64,000 nucleotides of DNA from an uncultured Anaeromyxobacteraceae bacterium (GTDB lineage Bacteria; Myxococcota_A; UBA9042; DTJE01): contig CAYYCO010000007.1 of NCBI GenBank assembly GCA_964470365.1, forward strand, positions 207 to 64,206, read 5' to 3'. The notes under the pieces were generated by a model. The model was not told the origin of the DNA, searched no databases, and saw nothing but the letters and a program-made list of their open reading frames with translations. Positions 47,743 to 57,177 of this stretch are shown in pieces; position 1 is the stretch's first letter; each line of letters opens with the position of its first letter. Both the position numbers and the translations under genes were made by a program.

Positions 47743-50734
47743 TCAGAAAAGGCTCTGCTGAACCGGACGCCGCCCGGTTCGACCACCCGCCGAAACCTGC
47801 CGTGCAGGACAGCCGGGCAGGAAGCGTGACAGTTCCGGGCGCCCCTGACGGCCGCGTGCCGACCAGCTCAGGAAAAGACGGCTGCGGGCACGGGTGACGG
47901 CGACGAAAAGCAGCCGGCGCTCTTCATCTTCGTCGAAATCGGGCCCCGATACCAGCGGCACCATGCCGTCATTCAATCCAACGACAAAAACATTGTCGAA
48001 CTCAAGGCCCTTGGACGCGTGAATCGTCAACAGATGGACGCGCTCCGGGCTCAACCCGAAGGCGTCGACTTCGTTCAGCAGCGCAAGTCGCGCCACCGCG
48101 GGACCACAGGCCATGCCTTCCACGAGGGCAAGGAGGGCCCTGACCTGGCGCGGCGGCGGGCAGAAGCCGGAAACCGCGACGGCGCCGCGGGCCACATCGT
48201 CGAACGGCCGGGCGGGATCTGCAGCAGCGGCGGCGGACATCACGGTGCGCACCCACTCGTTTTCCCACAGTGGCGCGTCCGACGCCTGCTCGAACGGAAT
48301 GCCGGCGTCGGCCAGGGCGGCGGCGACCGGTTGCAGGGCCTGGTGGGTGCGCCCGAGAACCGCAAAATCGCCCAGGCCGGCAAAACCGGCATCGCTGGCG
48401 GAATCCAGCATGTCCAGACCCCCGACAAGTCGCCCGATCGTGTCGGCAACCCACGCGGCCTCGTCGCCGGCATACCCCGCGCGGCAGAGGACGACCGGAT
48501 CGTGGTCGTGCCCGGCGCGTCCCGACCGCAGCGCGCGCCCCGAACCGCCGCACGATCCCGAAACGAACGTCGCCATGTCGACGACCGGCGGCGTCAGTCT
48601 GTGCGTGAGTCCGATGACATGGCGCGAGGCATCGGGATGGTCTGCGGCGAAACGCTCGAAAACGGCCGGGACCGCGCCACGGAATCCATAAATCGACTGA
48701 TCGGGATCGCCAACGCAGAAGACCGATGTATCCGGTCCGGCCAGGAGACCCAGCATCGTGTACTGATCGTCCGAAATGTCCTGGAATTCGTCGACAAGAA
48801 TGTGATCCCAGCCGCCAAAGACCGATCTGTCCGCCGCCAGTGCCGAAACAAATGTCGGGACCAGCATGTCAAGGGTGACGGCGCCGGGGAACTGTCCCGC
48901 CGCAGCTGCGGCGTCATCAACGACGACAGGAGGCTGCGCCCCCCCCGGCAATCGCGGCCGCGGTCAGCTCGCGAAGGGCCAGCGCGTGGAAGGTTGACAC
49001 CGCCGGACACCCGGATTCGCCCAGTTCCTGACGCAGCCTGCCCAGCGCCTCGCCGGCGGCACGGTTCGTGAACGTCACGACGAGAATCCGCGATGGGTCG
49101 CATCCGCCCGCGACGAGCCCGGCGGCACGGGCAACCATCGTCCGTGTCTTGCCCGTTCCAGGTCCGGCCACGACCAGACAGTACCTGTCGTGGCATGACG
49201 CAGCCATGTCCTGCTCCGGGGTCAGCGCCGACACCGCCGGCACCCCCGGGGCAAACAGGTCGTCAGCCGCCAGTTCCGCACCGATCTCCGGTGCGACGGC
49301 CGACGCCGTACCGGCCACGACGCGCCCGGACGCGGGTCTTTCCCCGGGCCCGAACATCAGGCCCTGCCCCTGGAACATCGCCGCCTCGCCGGGCAGGAAC
49401 AGGCGGATCCGTCCATATTCGCCGTCATAACCCGCTTCCTTGAATACCCGCCCCGCCCTCATGCGCCGTATCGCCTCGGCCAGGGCATATTCGCCGCCGT
49501 CCTCCAGCACGCCCGTGTCCATGTCGGCAAGTATGTCCAGTTCCCCGCCGAACCTGGCGATCAGCGATTCCCAGCGGCTGACGACCCTGCGCGACGACTC
49601 GCCGCATCCCTCGATTTCGGCGACGATTTCGGGCAGCGGAATCAGGCTGGCCTGTCCCGGGAATCCGGGCGGAACGTCCGATGCGGCACGATCGGCCAGT
49701 TGTTCCACGCGCCCCAGCACGCCGGGCGTCAGACGGCCGCCGCACACCGGGCACCGTCCGCCAAGCCGTTCGGTCTCGGCAGGTTCGCACCGGAAATCGC
49801 ATTTACGGTGACCGTCAACGTGGTACTTGCCCTCTTCCGGGAAAAATTCGACCGTGCCCAGCAACCGTCCGGGACCTGGCTCGCCCCGGAGTGCCGAGAC
49901 CAGTCCCCGCCAGGACATCTCTCCGGCCAGTATCGTGGCCTCACGTCCCAGTTTCGACGGAGAATGGGCGTCCGACGACGAGGTCAGCGCCAGCCGATCC
50001 AGCGCTGACCAGCGACGGTTCATGGCCACGTCCGAAGACAGGCCCGTTTCGATCGCGAATATTTCGCCGGTAAGGTCCTCGAAGCACTCTTCCAGGGAAT
50101 CGAACCCCGACATCGCCCCGAACACCGAAAAGTGAGGCGTCCAGACGTGAGCCGGAATCATGAACGCCCCCGGGGCCAGGTCAAGCGCCAGGCGCAGGAT
50201 CGCAAGCGGTTCCAGCCCGAGTATCGGCCGTCCGTCCGACGTGATGTTGCCCAGACGCCCCAGCGCCGTCGAAAACCGTCGCGCCGATTCCAGATCGGGC
50301 ATGAAAACCAGGCTATGCACCTTCCTGGTCCGCCCGTTCTTCTTGAAAATGGACGAAATCTCGCCGCAGATGACGAACCTGACGTCGCGTTTCGCCGCGG
50401 CCGGAACCTGCGCGCCTGCCGGCGCGACCACCGATGACCTGGCCGAAAGCAGACCGTCGCCGTCCTCCACCAGGTCGCGTTCGATTTCGGCCATCCAGGC
50501 CGGATGGGTGAAGTCGCCCGTTCCGACGAGCGAGATCCCCTTCAGGCCGGCGAACCTGGAAATCGACGTGAAGTTCAGTTCACTGCTGGTCGCACGTGAA
50601 AAACGTGAATGTATGTGGAGGTCGGCGAAATACCGGCCGGGTTCCAGTTCCATCAGGGCACCCCGGGATTCGGCAACCGGCCGGGCGGGTTCACGAACGG
50701 GCGCGCCTGACGCCGAAAGCGGCCGCGCAGCCAA
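47743..50734 (-). pseudogene. PHP-domain phosphoesterase fused to a compact UvrD-like SF1 helicase, split into two frames by a frameshift in a G8 (plus-strand C8) homopolymer
   Basis: Upstream ORF 48917-50734 (probable start MELEPG at 50653) carries PHP motifs ADLHIHSRFS and SSDAHSP, a Zn ribbon CPVCGG, then helicase motifs I (VVAGPGTGKTRT) and Ia (VVTFTNRAAGEA). It stops 30 nt after the tract. Downstream ORF 47743-48951 starts at a TTG right on the tract. It carries motifs II (ILVDEFQD), III (VGDPDQSIYGFRGA) and V/VI (LTIHASKGLEFDNVFVVGL, VAVTRARSRLFLS). Removing one G from the tract at 48939-48946 fuses them in frame. Confidence 0.7.
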
Positions 50735-52094
50735 GGACCAGCAGGAACATTGCCAGCCAGCCGGAGTTGGCGGACGTACCCGCGGAACAGCCCGAATCGC
50801 CGTCCGAATTCCAGCCGGCGAGGTCCTGTCCCTGAACCGCGTCGACGATCGCGCCGCCCTCGTCGTTCACGGCGACGGTATCGCGTTCAATCACATCGCC
50901 AGTCGCGTTGTCCCCGTCGACCTCGGGTTCGATCGGCGTGTCGTCGACAAGCCTGATGATATCGGCGTTGTCGCCGGCAGCGAAGCAGAGGTTCCGGGAC
51001 GGGCACCTGACCGCGTACATCGCGTCGGCATGTTCGGTCGGGTCGGGGAGCATGGCGACCGGGGCGCCGCCATTGGTTATCCGGTAGATGACCCCCCACG
51101 AATCCTGGTCCCCGTTCGGGGTCGCCGCGACAACGATCAGGTTGTCTGCGTCGAACGCCCAGAAATCGTTGACCCATTTTACCGGACCGAGATCGCCGAC
51201 CTCGGGGAACGCAATTTCGGCCCAGTTGGCGCCGCCGTCGGTCGTTTTGCGGAGCTGGTACCCGTCTGCAGTTTCAGTGATCAAATAACCCACATTTTCC
51301 GTCACGAATTCCAGCTTTCTGGGGAACCACGCCTGGCCGGAAGTCTTCACTTCCCAGGTCATCGCTGGCTTCGGGGCGCCGTCGGGCCTGTTGCCGTCTG
51401 TCGTCTGCACGTCGCCGGTCCTGATAATGGCGCCGACCGGGTCGATGGTCCGCGTCTTTCCGTCCTGTGATTCGGTGACCTTGCCGTTGGCAAGCCACGC
51501 CGTGTTTTCATCAAAAATGTCACCGGCGACGATCGACATGAACGATTCTTCGCCCGCCTTGGGCACGAACCAGCTTTTTGCCTTGACGCCGCCGTCGTAG
51601 GACATCAGGCACAGCGTGTCGGAACCGAAGAACAGGGCCAGCTTGTCCCCGTACGCGGCGATTGTCGAAGGCGAAACCGGCCGCTTGTAGTAGGGATCGG
51701 CGAATTTCGTCCAGGAACCGCCGCCGTTCGTCGTCAGCATGAACGGATAAGCCATGGCCATCGTCTGGGAATTGACGTCCATCGCCAGCATGTAGCAGCG
51801 GTTCGGCAACGTGCACTGCGTGCTGCTGGGGAAGAACATGTCACCGGTCGCAGGAAGGGCAAATTCGCCGTATGTGTCGACGCCGGTCGTCTTGTATCCC
51901 GCCGGCATGGCGTTCTGCGGGTCCGCCGGGTCGGGCTTGGTTCCGAATGCGAACAGGTGGGTTTCGTCGGGGGCCTCCATGTTGACAATCGCGCCGCCCG
52001 GATTCTGGAAAACCAGTTCCCATTCAGCCGCGGACGCGGCGACGGTAAAGGCGGAAACCAGCCCGAACGACACAATGGCGAGAACTGAACGCAT
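50691..52094 (-). CDS. Secreted BNR/Asp-box beta-propeller protein with MYXO-CTERM-type tail
   Basis: Start at MRSVLAIVSFGLVSAFTVAASAA. Asp-box-like repeats (TTNGGGSWT, TTDGGANWAEI, ITNGGAPV). C-terminal tail GDSGCSAGTSANSGWLAMFLLVLGCAAAFGVRRARS. Confidence 0.65.
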   Translation of the reverse strand: MRSVLAIVSFGLVSAFTVAASAAEWELVFQNPGGAIVNMEAPDETHLFAFGTKPDPADPQNAMPAGYKTTGVDTYGEFALPATGDMFFPSSTQCTLPNRCYMLAMDVNSQTMAMAYPFMLTTNGGGSWTKFADPYYKRPVSPSTIAAYGDKLALFFGSDTLCLMSYDGGVKAKSWFVPKAGEESFMSIVAGDIFDENTAWLANGKVTESQDGKTRTIDPVGAIIRTGDVQTTDGNRPDGAPKPAMTWEVKTSGQAWFPRKLEFVTENVGYLITETADGYQLRKTTDGGANWAEIAFPEVGDLGPVKWVNDFWAFDADNLIVVAATPNGDQDSWGVIYRITNGGAPVAMLPDPTEHADAMYAVRCPSRNLCFAAGDNADIIRLVDDTPIEPEVDGDNATGDVIERDTVAVNDEGGAIVDAVQGQDLAGWNSDGDSGCSAGTSANSGWLAMFLLVLGCAAAFGVRRARS

Positions 52095-52271
52095 CACGAA
52101 TACCTCCGGGAATTCAAAAAGCCGCAACGGCGATATTCAACACGATTTTCCCGATTTGTGCCACCGTGTGTGAATGCACCATCGCGGGTTTTGCGCACGG
52201 CTGCGTGACAAAGGCCTTTCACTGGCCTAACATCAGTTTCAATCGTTCACCGAACTTTCCAGGGGGGCATC

Positions 52272-54728
52272 ATGAACAGGTATCTGCGCGCGATACTGTG
52301 CCTTGTTGCGGCCTTCACTGCCCTGTGCCTGCCGGCAGCGGCCCTGGCAAAGGCCGCCGATTACACGTTCAGCATCGTTGTCGAGGCGCACTGCGTCAGC
52401 AAGGCCACGGTGTGCGGCGCCAATTCCGAGGCCGACTTCGAGTCCGGCGCCCGGCAGGCCATATTCGACCTGAACGAATACTGGCGTTCAACCGGCATCT
52501 CCTTCCAGCTCGGCAAGGTCGAATTCAATTACGCGGACGACTACGCCGAAATCAGGGACGACTCGCTGGACGCCGGTGAGGAAGCCGATCTCGCCCTGTT
52601 GAACACGCTGCGCTTGAAGGCGAAAAACGACCCGTCGAACGTTTACTGGTTCGTCATCGAAAAAATCGGGTTCTGCTTTTCGGGAATCCCGGGGGCGCAC
52701 CTCGGCCGCACCCCGAACGTGAGGATGCCGAACGAGTATTACGGCCTGTTCTGCAGCGGCGTGGACGGCAACACGATGGCGCATGAACTTGGCCACCATT
52801 TCTGCCTGAACCACCCGTTCACGGAGGCGGAACCGACATCGGCCGCTGCCGGCGTCAACCACGACGGCGACGGACTGACCGACACGCCGGACGACCCCAG
52901 CATCGCCGAGGGAGCGTGGAACGACGCATCCCAGGCCGCCAGGGACAACGCCGACGTGGTTTACACCCGCCCGACCCAGTGCTGGCGCGACCCTGAAACG
53001 TGCGGCGCGATCAACGACAGGCGCGACTGGTGCGGGTACACGTACCTGAACACCGACCCCGGCAGCTACCGCCCGGGTTACTGCGATCCGTCGTGCAGGC
53101 GGAAAATGGACGGAGTCATCACGTCAACGGCTTACAGCCCCGCCATGGAACTGATCATGTCGTACTACAAGTGGGAATGTTCGGGGCCGTTCGTTTACAA
53201 CTTCCAGACATACGACGCGTTCAGCCCCCAGCAGATCGACATGGTGCGGTCGTGCGTCATCGACGGCGACGAACGCGGCCAGCTTGTCGACAGGTGCGGC
53301 GGTGTCGATTCTGACTGGGACGGCCTCTGCGACCCGGACGACCCGTGTCCCGGCGACCCGGCCGCGACTTCGTCCGCCGACAAGGACGGCGACGGCGTGC
53401 CGGACAAATGCGATCCCTGCCCGGACATCGTAAATTCCGGCCTCGACACCGACGGCGACGGGGTGGACGACGCCTGCGACGACAACGACGACAACGACGC
53501 CTGCGTGGATTCCGAGGATCTGCGGCCGAAAAACAACACCATGCAGATCGGAACAATCCTGACGCCCGGGTGCAGCAAGACGACCCATGCCGTGACCGCA
53601 TCCGAAAGCGCCGACACCGACGGTGACGGTATCAGGGACTGCGCCGAGGCCGACAACGACAACGACGGAATCGACGACGGCATGGACCCCTGCCCCAACC
53701 TTGCCGATTCGGAGATGTGCGACATTCCCGGCGATGGCTGCGCCCTTGAAATACCCTGGGCCACATGCCTGGGTGGCGGATGCGCCATGGACATCTGGGC
53801 CCGGCTTGAATCAATCATGCACCCCGACGACCCGCGCCTGGAAATCCCGGTAAGGTTCCAGAATGAAAGTATGTTCCTGATGCCTTCGACCGGACGCACC
53901 GCCGGGGAAATCAGGGGCGGGCTGACCGGGATCAATCTCGGCCTCGCGGAAGGCAACGAAACCGTCGGCATGTCGCTCGTCGACTCCACCGGCGCGAAGG
54001 TCGCGGACGTCGGAACGTACAGGCTGGGGGACGTGACGACGATCGGCGGCAACCTCGGCAACGCGGTGGAGGTCAGGTTCGACGGGTACAGGTCGCTCGC
54101 GGCGGCGCCAAGGGAATCGAGGGCGGCGGCAGGGACGATGAAACTGAAGGTCGGCCTTACCTGGGGCGTGGGAATTCCGGCGGACGAGGTGCTGGCGGAC
54201 GCCGACGGCGACGGCGTTCCCGACGTGGCCGACAACTGCGTGGAAACTGCCAACACGGCCCAGGTCGACAGCGATGGCGATCGTGTCGGAAATGCATGCG
54301 ACCCGGATTCCGACGACGACGGGCTCGTCACGCAGGCCGATCTTGATCGAATCGCAGCGTGCGTGGGGGCCGACGTCGCGTCCGTTCCACGCATGACCGA
54401 GCCGGGCCAGCAGGTCATGGATCCCGGGATGGCAGAACAGTCTTTCATGGCCCTGCGCTGCCGTTTTGCCGACCTCGACGGCAACGGGATCGTCGGGGAA
54501 GCCGATTCGGCCGCCGCCGCGGAATACCTGGGACGCACGCCCGGTCCGTCCGGCATGGTTGACACGTCATGGGCGGTCGTGGAAGAAGAAGACGACGGCG
54601 GCTGCACCGCCGGAATGGCAGGCACCGCAGGCAGCGCGGCGCCCTATGTGCTGATCTGCTGTGTTTTCGGGGGTCTGCTGATGGCGATTGGCGCGCGACG
54701 CCGGTTCAGGGCCGCGCAACGGGCCTGA
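52272..54728 (+). CDS. Secreted metzincin-type zinc metalloprotease (M43/pappalysin-like) with thrombospondin type-3 Ca-binding repeats and MYXO-CTERM-type tail
   Basis: Signal peptide. Extended zinc motif HELGHHFCLNH at 52782-52814. Two blocks of DxDxDGxxDxxD repeats (DKDGDGVPDKCDPCP, DTDGDGVDDACDDND, DTDGDGIRDCAEADNDNDGIDDGMDPCP, DADGDGVPDVADNC, DSDGDRVGNACDPDSDDDG). C-terminal tail DDGGCTAGMAGTAGSAAPYVLICCVFGGLLMAIGARRRF. Confidence 0.75.
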   Translation: MNRYLRAILCLVAAFTALCLPAAALAKAADYTFSIVVEAHCVSKATVCGANSEADFESGARQAIFDLNEYWRSTGISFQLGKVEFNYADDYAEIRDDSLDAGEEADLALLNTLRLKAKNDPSNVYWFVIEKIGFCFSGIPGAHLGRTPNVRMPNEYYGLFCSGVDGNTMAHELGHHFCLNHPFTEAEPTSAAAGVNHDGDGLTDTPDDPSIAEGAWNDASQAARDNADVVYTRPTQCWRDPETCGAINDRRDWCGYTYLNTDPGSYRPGYCDPSCRRKMDGVITSTAYSPAMELIMSYYKWECSGPFVYNFQTYDAFSPQQIDMVRSCVIDGDERGQLVDRCGGVDSDWDGLCDPDDPCPGDPAATSSADKDGDGVPDKCDPCPDIVNSGLDTDGDGVDDACDDNDDNDACVDSEDLRPKNNTMQIGTILTPGCSKTTHAVTASESADTDGDGIRDCAEADNDNDGIDDGMDPCPNLADSEMCDIPGDGCALEIPWATCLGGGCAMDIWARLESIMHPDDPRLEIPVRFQNESMFLMPSTGRTAGEIRGGLTGINLGLAEGNETVGMSLVDSTGAKVADVGTYRLGDVTTIGGNLGNAVEVRFDGYRSLAAAPRESRAAAGTMKLKVGLTWGVGIPADEVLADADGDGVPDVADNCVETANTAQVDSDGDRVGNACDPDSDDDGLVTQADLDRIAACVGADVASVPRMTEPGQQVMDPGMAEQSFMALRCRFADLDGNGIVGEADSAAAAEYLGRTPGPSGMVDTSWAVVEEEDDGGCTAGMAGTAGSAAPYVLICCVFGGLLMAIGARRRFRAAQRA

Positions 54729-54733
54729 CGACG

Positions 54734-55504
54734 CTATTCCCCGCCGAAACCGAGAATTTCATCAAGATTGGGCTGCAGGATGATTTCGATGCGCCGGTTC
54801 AGCGCACGGCCATCGACAGTTTCGTTGTCGCCGACCGGCTGGTTTTCACCGTAACCCGCGACAGAAATGCGATCCGGCGGCATTCCCGATTCAACCATGT
54901 ACAACGCGACTTCCAGCGCGCGGTTGACCGACAGGCGCCAGTTTTTGTCCTCGCTGCCGACGCTGTCGGTGTGGCCGGCGACCTGGAACGCCCGGCCCTC
55001 GATCCCGGCCAGCAGCCCGGTCAGTTCGGCAAGCTGGGTCTTTCCCTCGGGTTTCAGCTTGTACTGACCCGAATCGAACAGGAAGCTTTCGCCGATTTCG
55101 ACCAGCATGCGCCCCTTGTCGACGCGCACGTTCAACTTGCCGGCCGCCGACAGGTCCTTGAGCAGGTTTTTCAACTGTTCCAGCTTGGCCTGGCGTTCAC
55201 GCGCCTGCGCCTCCAGCCGCTGTGACTTTTCCAGCGCGTCCTTGAGTTCGGACGACAGGCTGCCCTGCTTCTGCGCAAGCAGGTTCTTTTCCTGTGCCAG
55301 CAACGCCTTTTCCTGCTTTACCGTTTCAAGTTCGCCGTTCAGCTTTTCGCGCTGGCCGACCAGGTCGGATTTCTGCTTTTCAAGACCCGATATCTGATCC
55401 CTCAACGCGGCCACGTCGCGTTCGTAGACTTCCTTCTTGATACCGCAGGCCGAAAAGGCCACGGCCACCACGACCAGGCTTGCGCCGAGCACGATTCGTT
55501 TCAT
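54734..55504 (-). CDS. OmpA-family lipoprotein with N-terminal coiled coil
   Basis: Start at MKRIVLGASLVVVAVAFSACG (lipobox). A long Q/E/K/L coiled coil precedes the OmpA C-like domain (FDSGQYKL, VAGHTDSVGS, NWRLSVNRA, NRRIEI). Its start overlaps the ubiB stop by 4 nt. Confidence 0.8.
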   Translation of the reverse strand: MKRIVLGASLVVVAVAFSACGIKKEVYERDVAALRDQISGLEKQKSDLVGQREKLNGELETVKQEKALLAQEKNLLAQKQGSLSSELKDALEKSQRLEAQARERQAKLEQLKNLLKDLSAAGKLNVRVDKGRMLVEIGESFLFDSGQYKLKPEGKTQLAELTGLLAGIEGRAFQVAGHTDSVGSEDKNWRLSVNRALEVALYMVESGMPPDRISVAGYGENQPVGDNETVDGRALNRRIEIILQPNLDEILGFGGE

Positions 55505-57150
55505 TTCAACCTCCCTTTGTGGACAAACATCGATGCCAGCAGGCAAACGAAAAATACGGGCGCCATGACGGCCGACACGATTCCGACCGCGTGCCGGAAC
55601 CCGCCGGTGGAATCGACGAACAGCGCCGCGGACACGAAGAAGAGCGCGAAAAGCGCGGCGAACACGACCCTGTTGACCAGCGCGTTCCTGTCGATGCGGT
55701 TGGCGCGTTCGTCGGCCGACCGGACGACGATGGTATGTTCACCCTGACGGATGCGCCGCAGGATCCTGCGGATGTCGTACGGCGCGTCCTTCAGCAGGCC
55801 GAGCCCGTCCATCGCGACCCTGGTCAGCGACCGCGCCTGCCTGTCGGTGTCCAGCATCCGGTCGACGTACACCTTCTGCAGGTACGGCTGGATGAAGTCG
55901 ACCGGCTTGAATTCGGGGCAGACCTCCGTCCCGATGCCCTCCATGATCGACATGGCCTTGCCGACCATCAGGAGGTCGGCCGGCAGCCGGACCGCGTGAG
56001 CCCGCGCAACCCCGACCACGTCGTTCATGAACGTCGCAAGTTTCACGTCCTTCAATGACGCCGTCCGGTACCTGGCCATCAGGGACGACAGGGCCGCGCG
56101 AAGCGACCTGACGTCGGTTTCGTCGCCGATGACGTCCATGTCCAGCAGCACATTGACCATCGCGTCGACGTCAGACCCGGCCAGGGCGATCATGAAGGCA
56201 ACCATTTCGTCGATGCGCCGGGAATCGACCGTGCCGACAGTGCCGTAATCGAGCAGCGCCACGGTCCCGTCGCGCAGCACGAAGAAATTGCCGGGATGCG
56301 GGTCGCAGTGGAAGAACCCGAATTCAAAAATCGACCGCAGGATCACGTTCATGCCGGTTTCCACGACCTTCTGCATGTCGACGCCTGCCGCCGTCAGGGC
56401 TGCGGTGTCCGTGATTTTTATGCCGTCGACGAAGTCCATCACGATGACGCGCGACGTGCACAGGCCGTCGATCGGGGCCGGCACGAACAGCCCCGGTTCG
56501 TCCGCGAACATCTCGCGGTAACGGACCATGTTCCGGACCTCGCCGTCGAAATCCAGTTCCTGCATCAGGTTGCGCCGGAATTCGTCGACCACGGCGACCG
56601 CGCCCATCTGCCTGAAAACCGGGACGCCCTTTTCCAGGATCCCGGCAATCCGCCGGATGATCCGCAGATCAGCCGCCATCATGGCCTGGATGCCGGGGCG
56701 CTGCACCTTGACGGCGACACGGCCGCCGTCCCTGAGTACCGCGGAATGAACCTGCCCGATCGAAGCCGCGGCGATCGGAGTTTCATCAAAGCTTTCAAAT
56801 ATGTCCGCCACCAGCCGCCCCGTTTCCGTTTCGATCATCTGGCGGACCTGGTCAAACGGGAACGGCGGCACGTCGTCGTGGAATTTTTTGAATTCGGCAA
56901 TGAATTCGGGCGGCAGGAGTTCCGGGTGGGCCGCCAGCATCTGACCCAGCTTCACGAAGGTCGGCCCGAGTTCGTTGATCGCCATCCTGACGCGGACGGC
57001 CATGGACAGGGCCGGGACGGGCTGCCGTCGGAAAACGCGCCCGGCCGCGGTCCGCACGGCGGACACGAAGCCAAGCCGCCGCGCCAGGTCGTCAAAACCG
57101 TAACGGGAAAGCACCGACGCGATTTCGCGCAGCCTGTTGAAGTCCCGCAT
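55501..57150 (-). CDS. ubiB: ABC1/UbiB-family atypical kinase (ubiquinone biosynthesis regulator)
   Basis: 549 aa. ABC1 kinase core (AAASIGQVH, VAVKVQRPG, HCDPHPGN, DYG) and C-terminal TM helices. Confidence 0.85.
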   Translation of the reverse strand: MRDFNRLREIASVLSRYGFDDLARRLGFVSAVRTAAGRVFRRQPVPALSMAVRVRMAINELGPTFVKLGQMLAAHPELLPPEFIAEFKKFHDDVPPFPFDQVRQMIETETGRLVADIFESFDETPIAAASIGQVHSAVLRDGGRVAVKVQRPGIQAMMAADLRIIRRIAGILEKGVPVFRQMGAVAVVDEFRRNLMQELDFDGEVRNMVRYREMFADEPGLFVPAPIDGLCTSRVIVMDFVDGIKITDTAALTAAGVDMQKVVETGMNVILRSIFEFGFFHCDPHPGNFFVLRDGTVALLDYGTVGTVDSRRIDEMVAFMIALAGSDVDAMVNVLLDMDVIGDETDVRSLRAALSSLMARYRTASLKDVKLATFMNDVVGVARAHAVRLPADLLMVGKAMSIMEGIGTEVCPEFKPVDFIQPYLQKVYVDRMLDTDRQARSLTRVAMDGLGLLKDAPYDIRRILRRIRQGEHTIVVRSADERANRIDRNALVNRVVFAALFALFFVSAALFVDSTGGFRHAVGIVSAVMAPVFFVCLLASMFVHKGRLK

Positions 57151-57177
57151 CCCGTTATCAATCCCGTGTCAAAGCGT

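Noticed and set aside
52095-52271. Looked for sigma-54 or other recognisable operators in the 177-nt divergent region between the BNR-propeller and metzincin genes.
   Set aside because: Only short imperfect repeats (tgtgccaccgtgtgtgaatgcacc) were found. None has consensus spacing.
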